From Heteronotia binoei (lineage: Eukaryota), in NCBI RefSeq assembly GCF_032191835.1, contig NC_083237.1, forward strand, positions 56,668,001-56,732,000: a stretch of DNA of 64,000 nt, given 5' to 3'. Made by a program: the position numbers and the translations under genes. The number at the start of each line of letters is the position of its first letter. Within the stretch, counting starts at the first letter, position 1. Shown here one piece after another: positions 25,001-35,828 of this stretch. The notes under the pieces were generated by a model. The model was not told the origin of the DNA, searched no databases, and was given only the letters and a program-made list of their open reading frames with translations.

Positions 25001-28000
25001 CGCTCTAACGGTCAGGAAGTTCTTCCTAATGTTGAGCCGGAAACTCTTTTGATTTAATTTCAACCCATTGGTTCTGGTCCTACCTTCTGGGGCCACAGAA
25101 AACAATTCCACACCATCCTCTATATGACAGTCCTTCAAGTACTTGAATATGGTGATCATATCACCTCCCAGCCGCCTCCTCTCCAGGCTAAACATCCCCA
25201 GCTCCTTCAACCTTTCCTCATTGGACTTGGTCTCCAGACCCCTCACCACCTTTGTCGCCCTCCTCTGGACCCATTCCAGCTTGTCTATATCCTTAAAATG
25301 TGGTGCCCAAAACTGAACACAATACTTCAGGTAAGATCTTACCAGAGCAGAGTAAAGCGATACCATCACATCACATGATATGGACACTATACTTCTGTTG
25401 ATACAGCCCAAAATTGCATTTGCCTTTTTAGCCACCGCATCACACTGTTGACTCATGTTCAGCGTATGATCCACTAAGACCCCTAGATCCTTTTCACACA
25501 TACTACTGCTAAGACAAGTCTCCCCCATCCTATAACCATGCATTGGATTTTTCCTACCTAAATGCAGAACTTTACAGTTATCCCTGTTAAAATTCATTTT
25601 ATTGGTTTTAGCCCAGTTTTCCAGCCTGTCAAGGTCATCCTGTATCCTGTTTCTGTCTTCTTCTGTGTTTGCAACCCCTCCCAATTTAGTATCATCTGCA
25701 AATTTAAAAAGCATTCCCTCTATTCTTTCATCCAAGTTATTAATAAAGATTTGAACAAAACAGGTCCCAGGACAGATCCCTGAGGCACTCCAATTGTCAC
25801 TCCTCTCCAAGAGGATGAGGAACCATTCACAAGCACTCTTCGGGTGCGATCTGTCAACCAGTTACAGATCCACCTAACGGTAACAGGATCCAAACCACAT
25901 TTTACCAACTTATCAACAAGGATACTATGTGGAACTTTATCAAAAGCCTTACTGAAATCAAGATAAACAATGTCTACAGCATTCCCCTGATCCAGCAAGG
26001 TAGTCACTTTCTCAAAAAAAGAGATCAGGTTAGTTTGGCATGACTTGTTCTTGAGAAAACCATGCTGGCTCTTAGTAATCACATCCAATCTTTCTAAATG
26101 TTCCAGGACCAACGGTTTGATGATTTGTTCTAAAACTTTTCCAGGTATAGACGTCAAGCTGACAGGTCAGTAGTTACCCAGATCATCTTTCTTTCCCTTC
26201 TTGAAGATGGGGACAACATTTGCCCGTCTCCAATCTTCCAGCACCTCTCCTGTTCTCCAAGAATTCTCAAAAATAATAGCCAGAGGATCAGAAATTACAT
26301 CCGCAAGCTCTTTTGGAACCCTTGGATGCAATTCATCTGGCCCTGAGGACTTAGTTTCATTTAAAGAAACTAGGTGTTTATGTACTACCCCTATGCTGAT
26401 CCTAGGTTGGAACTTCATACCCTCCTTATATGTTCTGTTTTTGCAATGTTGAGCACCATTTCCCTCGGAAGAGAAGACTCAGGAAAAGTAGGAATTGAGC
26501 AGTTCCGCCTTCTCTTCATTACCTGTTACAATTTCACTTTCTTGCCCTCGCAATGGGCCTACCGGGTCCTTACTCTTTTTCTTACTCTGAACAAAAGAAA
26601 AGAACCCTTTTTTGTTGTTTTTAGCATCTCTGGCCAGCCTAAGCTCATATTGAGCTTTAGCTTTCCTAACTTTTTCTCTACAAGCACTGGTGATTTGTTT
26701 ATATTCATCCTTGGTTATAAGACTCTCCTCCCAATTCCTAAAGGTTTCTTTTTTATTTCTCAAGTCTTTAGAGAGCTGTTTATGAGGCCACTTCAGCTTC
26801 TTTAGGCTTTTTTTCCATTTTTAATTCTCATAGGAATCGTCTGTGATTGCACTTTCAGTATTTCATTTTTAAGAAACTCCCATCCCTCCTGAACCCCCTT
26901 CCCCCTAAGTATTTCTGACCATGGGGTTTTACCCAGCATAGTTCTAAGTTTATCAAAGTTTGCCTTTCTGAAGTCCAACCTGTAAGTCTGACTATGTATA
27001 GCTTTTCCCTTCCCTAAGACTGTAAATTCCAAAATCACATGGTCACTATTGCCCAGGGTGTCCACTATTTCTACTTCTTCAATCAATTCTTTGTTGGTGA
27101 GAATCAAATCCAAGATAGCAGATCCCCTTGTTTCCATCTTCACTTTCTGGAAAAGGAAGTTGTCAGCAAGACAAGTCAGGAATCTATTTGACTTTTCATA
27201 AACTGAGAGCCAGTTTGGTGTAGTGGTTAAGTGCGCAGACTCTTATCTGGGAGAACCGAGTTTGATTCCCCACTCCTCCACTTGCACCTGCTGGAATGGC
27301 CTTGGGTTAGCCATAGCTTTCACAGGAATTGTCCTTGAAAGGGCAGCTTCTGGGAGAGCTCTCTCAGCCCCACCCACCTCAGAGGGTTGTCTGTTGCGGG
27401 GGAAGGAGATAAAGGAGATTGTAAGCTACTCTGAGACTCTGATTCAGAGAGAAGGGCAGGGTATAAATCTGTGGTCTGCTTTGTCTTCTTCTTCTTTACT
27501 GTGTTCCCAGCACAGAATATGTGCAACTTGTCCGTGATTCAAGTTTTCTCTAGACGTAAGCATATTTGACCAAAGTATATAGTAAAAATGCTGGAAATAT
27601 AATTACACAAGAGTAACGAGAACAAACCCCATTACTTACCAACAGTGAATCTGGATATGGTAGTAGCAGAGATCCTGGACCAAGGAATCTAGGATCTGGA
27701 ACAAGTTCAGGATTAAGAACCTCAACATCTAGTGCTAAAGGCGCCACTGGATCTGACACAGAATCAGGTTCTAGAGGAACTGTAGCGACACATTCTGACA
27801 CAAAGCCCAGAGCCAAAGGTAAGTAATTTTTAAAATTTACATTATTACTGGGCTAAAGCCTATAGATGATTTTGGCACTCAGTTAACTATGAACAAAATT
27901 TTAGATTGCTTATGCACACAACCATGTTCAGCTCACCCAAACAACTTTATTTATTTGCTACATTAATAATTCTCTTTTCTCTCCAAGGGGGACACAAAGC

Positions 28001-28867
28001 GGCTTACAGCATTCTCCCCAGTATCCACTTTATTCTCACAACCCTGTGAGGTACATTAAGGTGGAAATGTGTGATTGGGTCCAGGTTACCCAGCAAGCTT
28101 CCATGGCACAGTGAGGATTCAAACCCAGGTTTCCTAGATCCTAGTCCAACGCTCTAAGCACAATATCATACTGGCTCACTAATACAATATGACAATACAT
28201 CAACAGACATTTCTGATTCACCTGGTTATCTGCAGATATGATTGAATTCATGACCCACATAGTCGTCATAATCCACAAACAGGCTGAATGATTAAACATT
28301 TTTGTAAGAAACATCCTATCCTCTTACTCCCCCCCCCCCCTTTTCTTAGGGTTTTGTGTGTGAGAAAGAGAGAGTGCACATGTGTGTGGATATGCTTGCG
28401 TGCTTGGAAGTCATGGTGACTTCTGGTGACCCATGGTGGGCAAGGACATTTCAGAGAGGTAGCTTGGATATTTCTGCCTCTGCATCCCGGCCCTGGTATT
28501 CCTCTGAGGTCTCCCTTCCAAGAACTTGCCATGGTTAACCTGCTTAGCTTCCAAGATCTGACGAGATCAGGCTTGCCTGGGCTATCCAGGTCAGGCTCTT
28601 CTTACATTTTCTTCATGCACTTCCTGTTATACATAACATCATGAAACATGGCTGCCATGTTATAGAATGACTTTTATGGCCTGAGATTAAATATATTGTT
28701 CCTATATTAGTTTCTTGTGCACACATTTCTGGCATCTATAATTTCCTTTTCCATCTTTAGATCCAAAGAAAACGAGAGTGGTTAAAACAATAATCGAGGA
28801 ATTAGATGAGCATGGCCGAGTAACATCTTCCAAGATCCAGTCCATTGAAGAAAATCCAGCTATATAA
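13050..28867 (+). CDS. KRT10-like: Type I keratin, KRT10-like paralog 2 (8 exons, 522 aa)
   Basis: Exons 13050-13592, 15317-15399, 18253-18409, 21778-21939, 22558-22683, 23846-24063, 27646-27818, 28761-28867. All introns are GT-AG and the joined 1569 nt are in frame. KRT10-like signatures: [55 protein letters not shown]. Confidence 0.95.
16851..16987. mobile_element. Fully palindromic 137-bp hAT MITE (CAGGGGTGGCCAA ends)
   Basis: The left half is the reverse complement of the right half; 8-bp TSD aaataatg / aaataata; a near-identical copy lies at 54096-54230. Confidence 0.9.
17127..17361 (-). mobile_element. tRNA/CORE-type SINE (Squam3-like)
   Basis: Reverse complement of the 27206-27497 element (GTTTGGTGTAATGGTTAA head, CTCTCAGCCCCACCTACC body, simple-repeat tail). 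Confidence 0.8.
18073..18159 (-). mobile_element. 5'-truncated BovB (RTE) LINE 3' end, about 88 bp
   Basis: GTTGTTCAGTCGCACAGTCGAGTCCGACTCTTTGCAACCCCATGGAC is the reverse complement of the BovB 3' terminus; flanked by a perfect 12-bp TSD attataaagatt (18061-18072, 18160-18171). Confidence 0.85.
20811..20930 (-). mobile_element. 5S-rRNA-derived SINE fragment
   Basis: The reverse complement contains GATCTC..AGAAGCTAAGCAAG..TTTGGATGGGAGATC..AATACCAGGG. Confidence 0.7.
22992..23171. mobile_element. Palindromic MITE with CAGGGCTTTT...AAAAGCCCTG ends, nested inside a short hAT MITE
   Basis: Terminal inverted repeats and near-palindromic arms; it interrupts the 22849-23280 element. Confidence 0.7.
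24803..27202 (-). mobile_element. CR1 LINE, 5'-truncated (about 2.4 kb of ORF2), antisense in intron 6 of gene 2
   Basis: Minus-strand ORFs encode the end of the CR1 endonuclease (ILDLILTN) and the RT ([23 protein letters not shown]), broken by several stops and frameshifts. The CR1 3' repeat (ATTCTATG) is seen as CATAGAATCATAG at about 24806-24818. Confidence 0.95.
27206..27497 (+). mobile_element. tRNA/CORE-type SINE (Squam3-like, long gecko-type variant); further copies at 29611-29806 (-) and 42875-43133 (-), and an older relative at about 27990-28180 (-)
   Basis: GAGAGCCAGTTTGGTGTAGTGGTTAAG box A, GTTTGATTCCC box B, (TCT)n tail. Confidence 0.85.
28355..28597 (-). mobile_element. 5S-rRNA-derived SINE (SINE3 type); another copy at about 51948-52180 (-)
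   Basis: The reverse complement reads GCCTGATCTCGTCAGATCTTGGAAGCTAAGCAGG..TTGGAAGGGAGACC..GGAATACCAGGG (5S head), followed by a non-5S body and a (CA)n-like tail. Confidence 0.85.
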
Positions 28868-28989
28868 ACATCAATATTGGGAGTATCAACATTACTCAAA
28901 CTATTTTTCATGATGATGTTTCAGAGGAAGCATATATTTTAACTGCAGTACCAAAATACCATGTGGCCAATGGAATTAACTGCTTTAAT

Positions 28990-28995
28990 AATAAA
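28990..28995 (+). terminator. Polyadenylation signal of gene 2
   Basis: AATAAA about 120 nt after the stop codon. Confidence 0.65.
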
Positions 28996-31239
28996 CCATA
29001 TATATATATCTTTCACTCTACTGGACAAGCTCTCTTTCCAGTCTCTTACTCCTCCCAGAGACTGTGCAAGAGGAGCACTAGTATGATCTCTAGTAACACT
29101 GTGGCATGGGTCAAGGTCGCAGAAGCTGATGGGGTTGTGACTGAAGCTGGCACCAGTCCTTGCATTGTCCTGAAGACCCTAACACCCGATCCTAGGAAGT
29201 GCTGTGCTGCTGCAGCATTCCATCTATAATCCTAACACACACACTTCAGTTAGGGCAGAGGTCCCCAATGTGGTGTCCGCAGACACCATGATGCCCACCA
29301 ATACCTTTCTTGGTGCCCACCTAGTGTTTTTAGAAAGTGGGAGAAGACAGTAGAGGCTTTTGCCTAGCAAGGCTTCTGATGGGCCACTTGAGGTTGATTG
29401 ACTGTGCAGATTTTTAAAAACATTGCCTTGGCAGTAGCTGCCCCCACTACACAAGGATCTTCACTGTGTAAATGAAGGTAAGCTGAAGCAAACGTTTTAT
29501 GGCTACCTCCGCCTCCTGCGGCAGCAATTTTGTGGCTGCACCTACTATGCTCTGTCAGATTAACAAAGGTTCCTGCAGGCTAACAATGTGGGGAACCCCT
29601 GAGTTAGGAATTCCCCTCCCCACAACAGACACCCTGCGAGTTGGTGGGACTGAGAGAGCTCTCTCCAGGTCTGCTCTTGAGAAAGCAGCTCTTTCAGGAC
29701 TGTGATTGACCCACTCAGCAGGTACGTTTGGGGAGGAGCGAGGAATCAAACCTGGTTCTCCCAGATTAGAGTCCGCACACTTAACCATTACACCAAACTG
29801 GCTCTCAGTACAGAGCAGTCAGTGCCAGTTTTTGATCTGCACTAAACTTGCCCAGTCAATGCAGTGTAGAACACATCTGCCAGCTCTTGCCTACACTGAA
29901 ACCTGGGGAAAATGGGATCAGTTCAGTGTGGCAAGTGAAGCCACTGAAAAGATACTCACAGAGGCACAGGCCCCTCTCTCACTACAACCATGACTCCTCT
30001 TTGATGCACAGAGCCTCTCCCATCAAAGCTGTTCACTCTGCTGATCTACATTAGCTATAGCCAACCCCTTACTTCTTTCCTTCCCTTTCCAACAACCTCC
30101 CTGGATTATATCAATTATGGGTGGTTTGCATAACCATACTGAAGCTGGGAAAAATGTTACTAAAAGTTCCAATATACAATTAAAGCATTCTTAAAATGTA
30201 AAACATCTATTAAATAAAGTGCTGCAAACTTTTGCATGACTGAAGCTCAAAAGACTATGTAGAATGCCACCGTAACAAAAAGTAGGTAAAGTCGCCAATC
30301 CACAGCCCTTATCACCCACATGCTTGTACAAAAAAGAAACACAACACATAAATCACGAAACAAGCTTTGGCTTGCTTGTTTTCCTTAGCACATAAAACAA
30401 GAAGGGCATATAGGATGAATCCAAGCAGAGCAAACCATCTGTTTTCCAAGTAAAGTATTCATGATAAACCAGAGATCCAAACCTTCCTTTACCAGCACAG
30501 ATCGTAACTCAGCATGCCACAGCTCAAATGACTACAGAATGCTTTGTGATGCTATGCCAAATCAACATGTGCAGCCTTGACAAATCAGTCAAACTACTGG
30601 CCTGTTGCAAAGCACAATGCTTTTCAGGCTTCAGAATAAAGGGATGCCATGCTCTGCAGTTGCCTGAACTGGAAAATGATCACAGCATGCAACTAAATGA
30701 AAGGAACGGACCACAGCAAAAGAGACAGCAAGCAAGTGAATGAGCAGGTAGCTGCTTATCACTTGCACGAAGGGAAAGGGCAAGCAAGTGGGAAACAGCA
30801 AGGGGAGCAAGATGAGCCCACTGAAAGAGGGAGGGAGATTTGCCCAAGGGATCTTCAAATGCTGTCACCAGTAATAATGGTCTCACTGGGTGTGAAGAAA
30901 TGCACAAGGTGAACAAAGATGACTCCATCACCATTGTTCTTTAAGAGAGGAGGAACCAAAAAAGATTGCATCTATCCTCTTTTACACCAAATAATATGCT
31001 TGTTCTCATTTCAGGGGTGGGAATCCCAGACAGATCAAACTGAGATTTGTATTCCAGTCTGACAGATGACTGGCTCCTACATATTTAGTCTTTTATCCTA
31101 ATAATGTTTTTTGCTTTGCTTTTTAATGCCAGCATTGAGCACATGGTTTCTCCTCAGGTCAGATTTTCTGGACCCATGCCAGTCTGGTCTGAGGCTAGAG
31201 TTTGGAGGAGAAGCTGCTTTGGTCACCTTGGTTGGTGAC

Positions 31240-32530
31240 CACTATTGAGAAGAAAGAATGTGATCCTAATAGTTCTGCTGGATCTCTCAGCTGCCTTTCA
31301 TATTATTGACCACAGTATCCTACTGAATGGCTTCTCAGCACTAGGAATGGGGGGGGGGGCACAGTGTTATGGTGGTTTGAGTCCTATCTTGAAGGGGAGC
31401 AGTCTCAAAGGTCACACAGGGGAATTCCTGCTCTGCCCCATGGCTGTTGATTTGTGGGGTTTTACAGGGTTCCATGCTATTTAATACCTACATGAAGCCA
31501 CTGGGAGAGGTCATCAGGAGGTTTGGGCTGCAGTGTCACCAATATTTTGATGACATCCCTCACCTTTCTTTTTCACCTAATTCCAAGGATGCCACTGTTG
31601 TTCTGAGCCAGTGTTTGGAATCAGTAATGGGCTGGATGAGGGTGAACAGGCTGAAACTTAGTCCTGACAAAACAGAAGTTCTCTGGGTTAGTAGAAAGTC
31701 AGACCAGGAATTTATTAGATTTCTCTTGTTTGGATGCAATTGCAGTCCCCTTGAAAAGCCATGTTCACAACTTGGAAATGCTGCTGGATACCATGGGCAC
31801 CTTAGAAAACCAGGTATCTGCTGTGGCTCAGTGCTTTTGCCCAGTTTTGACTGGTGCATTAGCTGCATCCGTTCCTGGTTCGGTCAGATCTAGCCACAGT
31901 GATCCATGCCTCAGTTACATCTTGACTGGACTACTGCAATGTACTCTGCTTGGGGCTACCCTTGAAGAGTGTTCAGAAGCTGTAGCTAATGCAGAACATT
32001 GTGGCTGGACTGTTGATTAGGACCAGCTATCAGGGCCACGTGGCCCCAATATTACAGCAATTAGACTGGCTACCAATCCACTCCAGAGCAATTAGACTGG
32101 CTACCAATCCATTCCAGAACCCAATTCCACTTCAAAGCCCAATTCAAGGTGTTGGTTTTGACCTTTAAAGCCCTACATGGCTTGAAAACAAGGTATCTTT
32201 CTTCTCCTATATGTTCTTTCCTGGGTATTAAGATCACAGGGAGAGGCCCTCCTGCCTCTTTTAACAATCAGTGATGCTTGTTTGATGGGCACTTTAGAAA
32301 GGGCCTTTTCGGTGACAATTATGGAACAACCTCCCCAGGGAGGTGAGTCTCGCCCCTTTACTTTTGATCTTTAGTATGCAGCTGAAGATTGGTTTATTTA
32401 CAACTGCATTTAACTAAATCAGTCCTAAATTGTGATTTTTCTAATTTTAGCTTTATGTTTTTAATTATATTTTTAAATACTGTAAGCTGCCTTGAGCTCC
32501 ATAAAAAGAATGGAGGCTAATAAATATTTT
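31240..32530 (+). mobile_element. Degenerate L2/CR1-clade LINE fragment (RT region to 3' end)
   Basis: Encodes LLDLSAAF..IDH, CHQY-DD and LKLSPDKTEVL with frameshifts; A/T-rich 3' tail near 32500-32530. Confidence 0.85.
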
Positions 32531-32765
32531 AAGTAAATGAAAAACTGCCAAGCTTTTATTTCTGACCTTTTTTCAAGCTCAGGATTCTCTCAGTGTGTAA
32601 ATGTGAACTCCTAAAACAACAACCATTAGTCAGTTTTCCTCAGTAACCAGTGGGAGATATCATTCTCTTCAAGTATTTGGCATGCTAGCCTGCTTTATCA
32701 TAAAAGACAGACTGAGACTTCCAAAGCCTCCTAAGAAAGGATTATCAGCCTACCCCACCATAAAC

Positions 32766-33295
32766 TAGGGTTGCCAATCCCCAGGTGAGGGCAGGGGATC
32801 CCCCGGTTTGGAGGCCCTCCCCCCGCTTCAGGGTCGTCAGAAAGCGGGGGGAGGGGAGGGAAATGTCTGCTGAGAACTCTATTATTCCCTAAGGAGATTT
32901 ATTCCCATAGAAAATCATGTAGAATTGATCCGCGGGTATCTGGGGCTCTGGGGGGGGCTGTTTTTTGGGGTAGAGGCACCAAATTTTCAGTACAGCATCT
33001 AGTGCCTCTCCCCAAAATACCCTCCAAGTTTCAAAAAGATTGGACCAAGGGGTCCAATTCTATGAGCCCCCCAAAAAGTGCCCCTATCATTCATGATTTC
33101 CTATGGAAGGAAGGCATTGAAAAGATGTGCCGTCCCTTTAAATGTGATGGCCAGAACTCCCTTTGGAGTTCAATTATGCTTGTCACAGCCTTGATCTTGG
33201 CTCCACCCCTAATGTCTCCTGGCTCCACCCCCAAAGTCTCCTGGCTTCACCCCCAAAGTCCCCAGATATTTCTTGAATTGGACTTGGCAACCCTA
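32766..33295 (+). mobile_element. 530-bp hAT MITE, copy 1
   Basis: TIRs TAGGGTTGCCA / TGGCAACCCTA; perfect 8-bp TSD ccataaac. Confidence 0.95.
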
Positions 33296-33575
33296 CCATA
33301 AACACAAACCTTCTCCAGGGTTGCTAACCTCCAGGTGGGGCCTGGAAATCCCCCACTTTTACAACTGATCTCCAGACTTCAGAGATCAGTTCCCCTGGAG
33401 AAAATGGCTGCTTTGAAGGGTGGACTCTATGGCATTGCAGCATGCTGTGGTCCCCTCATCCCACCCTCACCAGGCTCCACCCCAAAAATCTCCAGATATT
33501 TCCAGCCTAAGAGCTAGCAACACTACAAGCATTTGCTGTACTCAGAATGGGCTCTAGGAGTGGTTCTCTCCCAAC

Positions 33576-34074
33576 TAGGGTTGCCAAGTCCAATCCAAGA
33601 AATATCTGGGGACTTTGGGGGTGGAGTCAGGAGACATTAGGGGTGGAGCCAAGATCAAGGCTGTGACAAGCATCATTGAACTCCAAAGGGAGTTCTGGCC
33701 ATCAAATTTAAAGGGACAGCACACCTTTTCAATTCCTTCCTTCCATAGGAAATAATGAAGGATAGGGGCACCTTCTTTTGGGGCTCATATAATTGGACCC
33801 CCTGGTCCAATCTTTTTGAAACTTGGGGGGTATTTTGGGGAGAGGCACTAGATGCTATACTGAAAATTTGGTTCTCTACCCCAAAACACAGTCCCCCCAG
33901 AGCCCCAGATACCCGCAGATCAATTCTCCATGATTTTCTATGGGAATAAATCTCCCTAGGGAGTTGCCAGTAGACATTTCCCTCCCCTCCCCCCGCTTTC
34001 TGACGACCCTGAAGCGGGGGGAGGGCTTCCAAACCGGGGGGTCCCCTGCCCCCACCTGGGGATTGGCAACCCTA
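33576..34074 (-). mobile_element. hAT MITE copy 2 (499 bp, opposite orientation)
   Basis: Same TIRs; perfect 8-bp TSD ctcccaac; reverse complement of copy 1. Confidence 0.95.
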
Positions 34075-35734
34075 CTCCCAACTAACACTCTGGAAATGAA
34101 AATGATCTGAGCTGACAGTAAAACAGCTTTCTCCCTCTCATTCCTCTCTTCCATCTAGCTTTCTCTTCTATGCATTGGCCCTGATTCATTGCTGACTGCT
34201 TTGCTGCAAACATGCATATGCAATCCCCCCAACAGCTGTAAACAGGATTGGTGACTAATAGAAAGGGGCAGGATTTCTGCCCATCTATCATAAAGGCCCA
34301 GTCTTCTGACTTGCTACATTGCAAAATAATGTTTGGAATGAAGAATACAGCAGACACGCATCATGAGTGGAATCCTTTCACACTTTGGTCAAATATGTGA
34401 GGTTCTTTCCCCACCTCCCACCCTTTTTTTTTAATTGATTATATTTTGCGCTTTTTCTTCCTCACCAGCTGTATATTGTGCAAATGCAACCTAGGAAGCA
34501 GACCCAGGAGAGGCTCAGCCCCCACATACTATATTACAGAGTTTATATTAGATATTATATTACTTTCAGCACAATGTATTATATTAAATTCAGCACAAGG
34601 CATTTTTAAAGCCAGTTTCCACCAACCTACATCAGTCATCTGGTTAACACTATTCCACTGGAAAAGGGCTCAGGGCTATGGTCCTTAGTATTTATCATTC
34701 ACACCCATTTTGCTGTGTATTGTTGGGAAAAGGTGAAAAGTAGTAAAATCACACAGCAGTCAAAGACATGCAAAACAAGCACTGAACCCAGGTTCAGCTC
34801 TATTACAAATGCTTTGTAAGCCACATGAGGCAGGGGCGGGGGGGGGGGGGGGGCAAAATTAACTAGGAGTACAAATTAGTTCTCACTGAGAATCCTTAAA
34901 TGAAGATCTAACATTCTGAAAGGAAGAGCAGGGAGAAATAAAGAAGATGCAGCAGAATACACATGCTTTGGTTTTGCCTATTAATATCTGCAGTAAAATT
35001 CTGCTAAATCATTAATTGTAAAGATATGCTTAATATACACATATCATCAAGTTTTACCACTACTAATAAATATGAATTGACTTGTCTGCTTCTGAATTGC
35101 CATTTAAAAAGGAATTCTTTGATTTGCTAATTCCAACTCCCACTTCTTCTCGCCTCCCTGGGCTTGCAAAGGCAGGCTGAACATCAAATAAAAAATTCAG
35201 TCTTAACATCAAATATGTTTATTAATCATTCAAGAAGTAATTAATAAATCAGTCAAATTGCAGCTTTGAGCCAAACAATGACAGAGGATTTGAGATCTCT
35301 TTTCCCACTAGATCAAAAAAATAAAAAATACCCCCCACATTTAAGATTATAGAGCATGTGCTGTTCATACATGTCACTAAAAGCTTGGCTTCCTGCTTCA
35401 ACTGCAAGGGTTATGCCTGGAGGGTTGAAATGTTGAAAAGAATGTACTATAACCAAAGTTAAAAGAAAGGAGAGGGAAAGGGAAAAAAACAGTTTGCTCA
35501 TCAAAATTTTAAAGATAAAAGGGAAAGCAAAACATATTTGGCTCTGCTCCACACTTCCATCCAGATTTGGGGCATAACAAATAGCCCAAAGATACATACT
35601 TCTGCAGAACTGCGCTTTGTAACGTCAGCTTTTAATTAGACAAAATAATTATCTCATTACAGATAGTAACGCATTGACTTGGCAAAAGATACATATTGCT
35701 CTGATGGGGCGGAAATGATACACCCTGTTAACTG

Positions 35735-35742
35735 TATATAAA
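35735..35742 (+). promoter_or_regulatory. TATA box of keratin gene 3, with a GC box (GGGGCGGAA) at about 35706
   Basis: TATATAAA about 90 nt upstream of the ATG at 35829. Confidence 0.75.
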
Positions 35743-35828
35743 CACTGAAAGCCCACCTAGTCGATGCACTCTTTCTAATCAGCTTGCCTTGCTGGGATAG
35801 GACAAACCACACTTCTAGCTCCAACGCC

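Noticed and set aside
27498-27540. Possible continuation of the CR1 endonuclease (ILCWEHSK on the minus strand) beyond the SINE
   Set aside because: Too short and divergent from the young CR1 copy to distinguish from chance.
30480-30960. Purine-rich intergenic stretch with short ORFs, checked as a possible keratin pseudogene relic
   Set aside because: No keratin rod motifs or exon-size signatures in any frame.
33002-34032. Recurrent 60-120 aa ORFs (MPLPKIP.., MGDILGRG..) seen in each 530-bp element
   Set aside because: They are the same MITE sequence read in different frames; there is no transposase (no BED zinc finger, DDE or hATC motifs).
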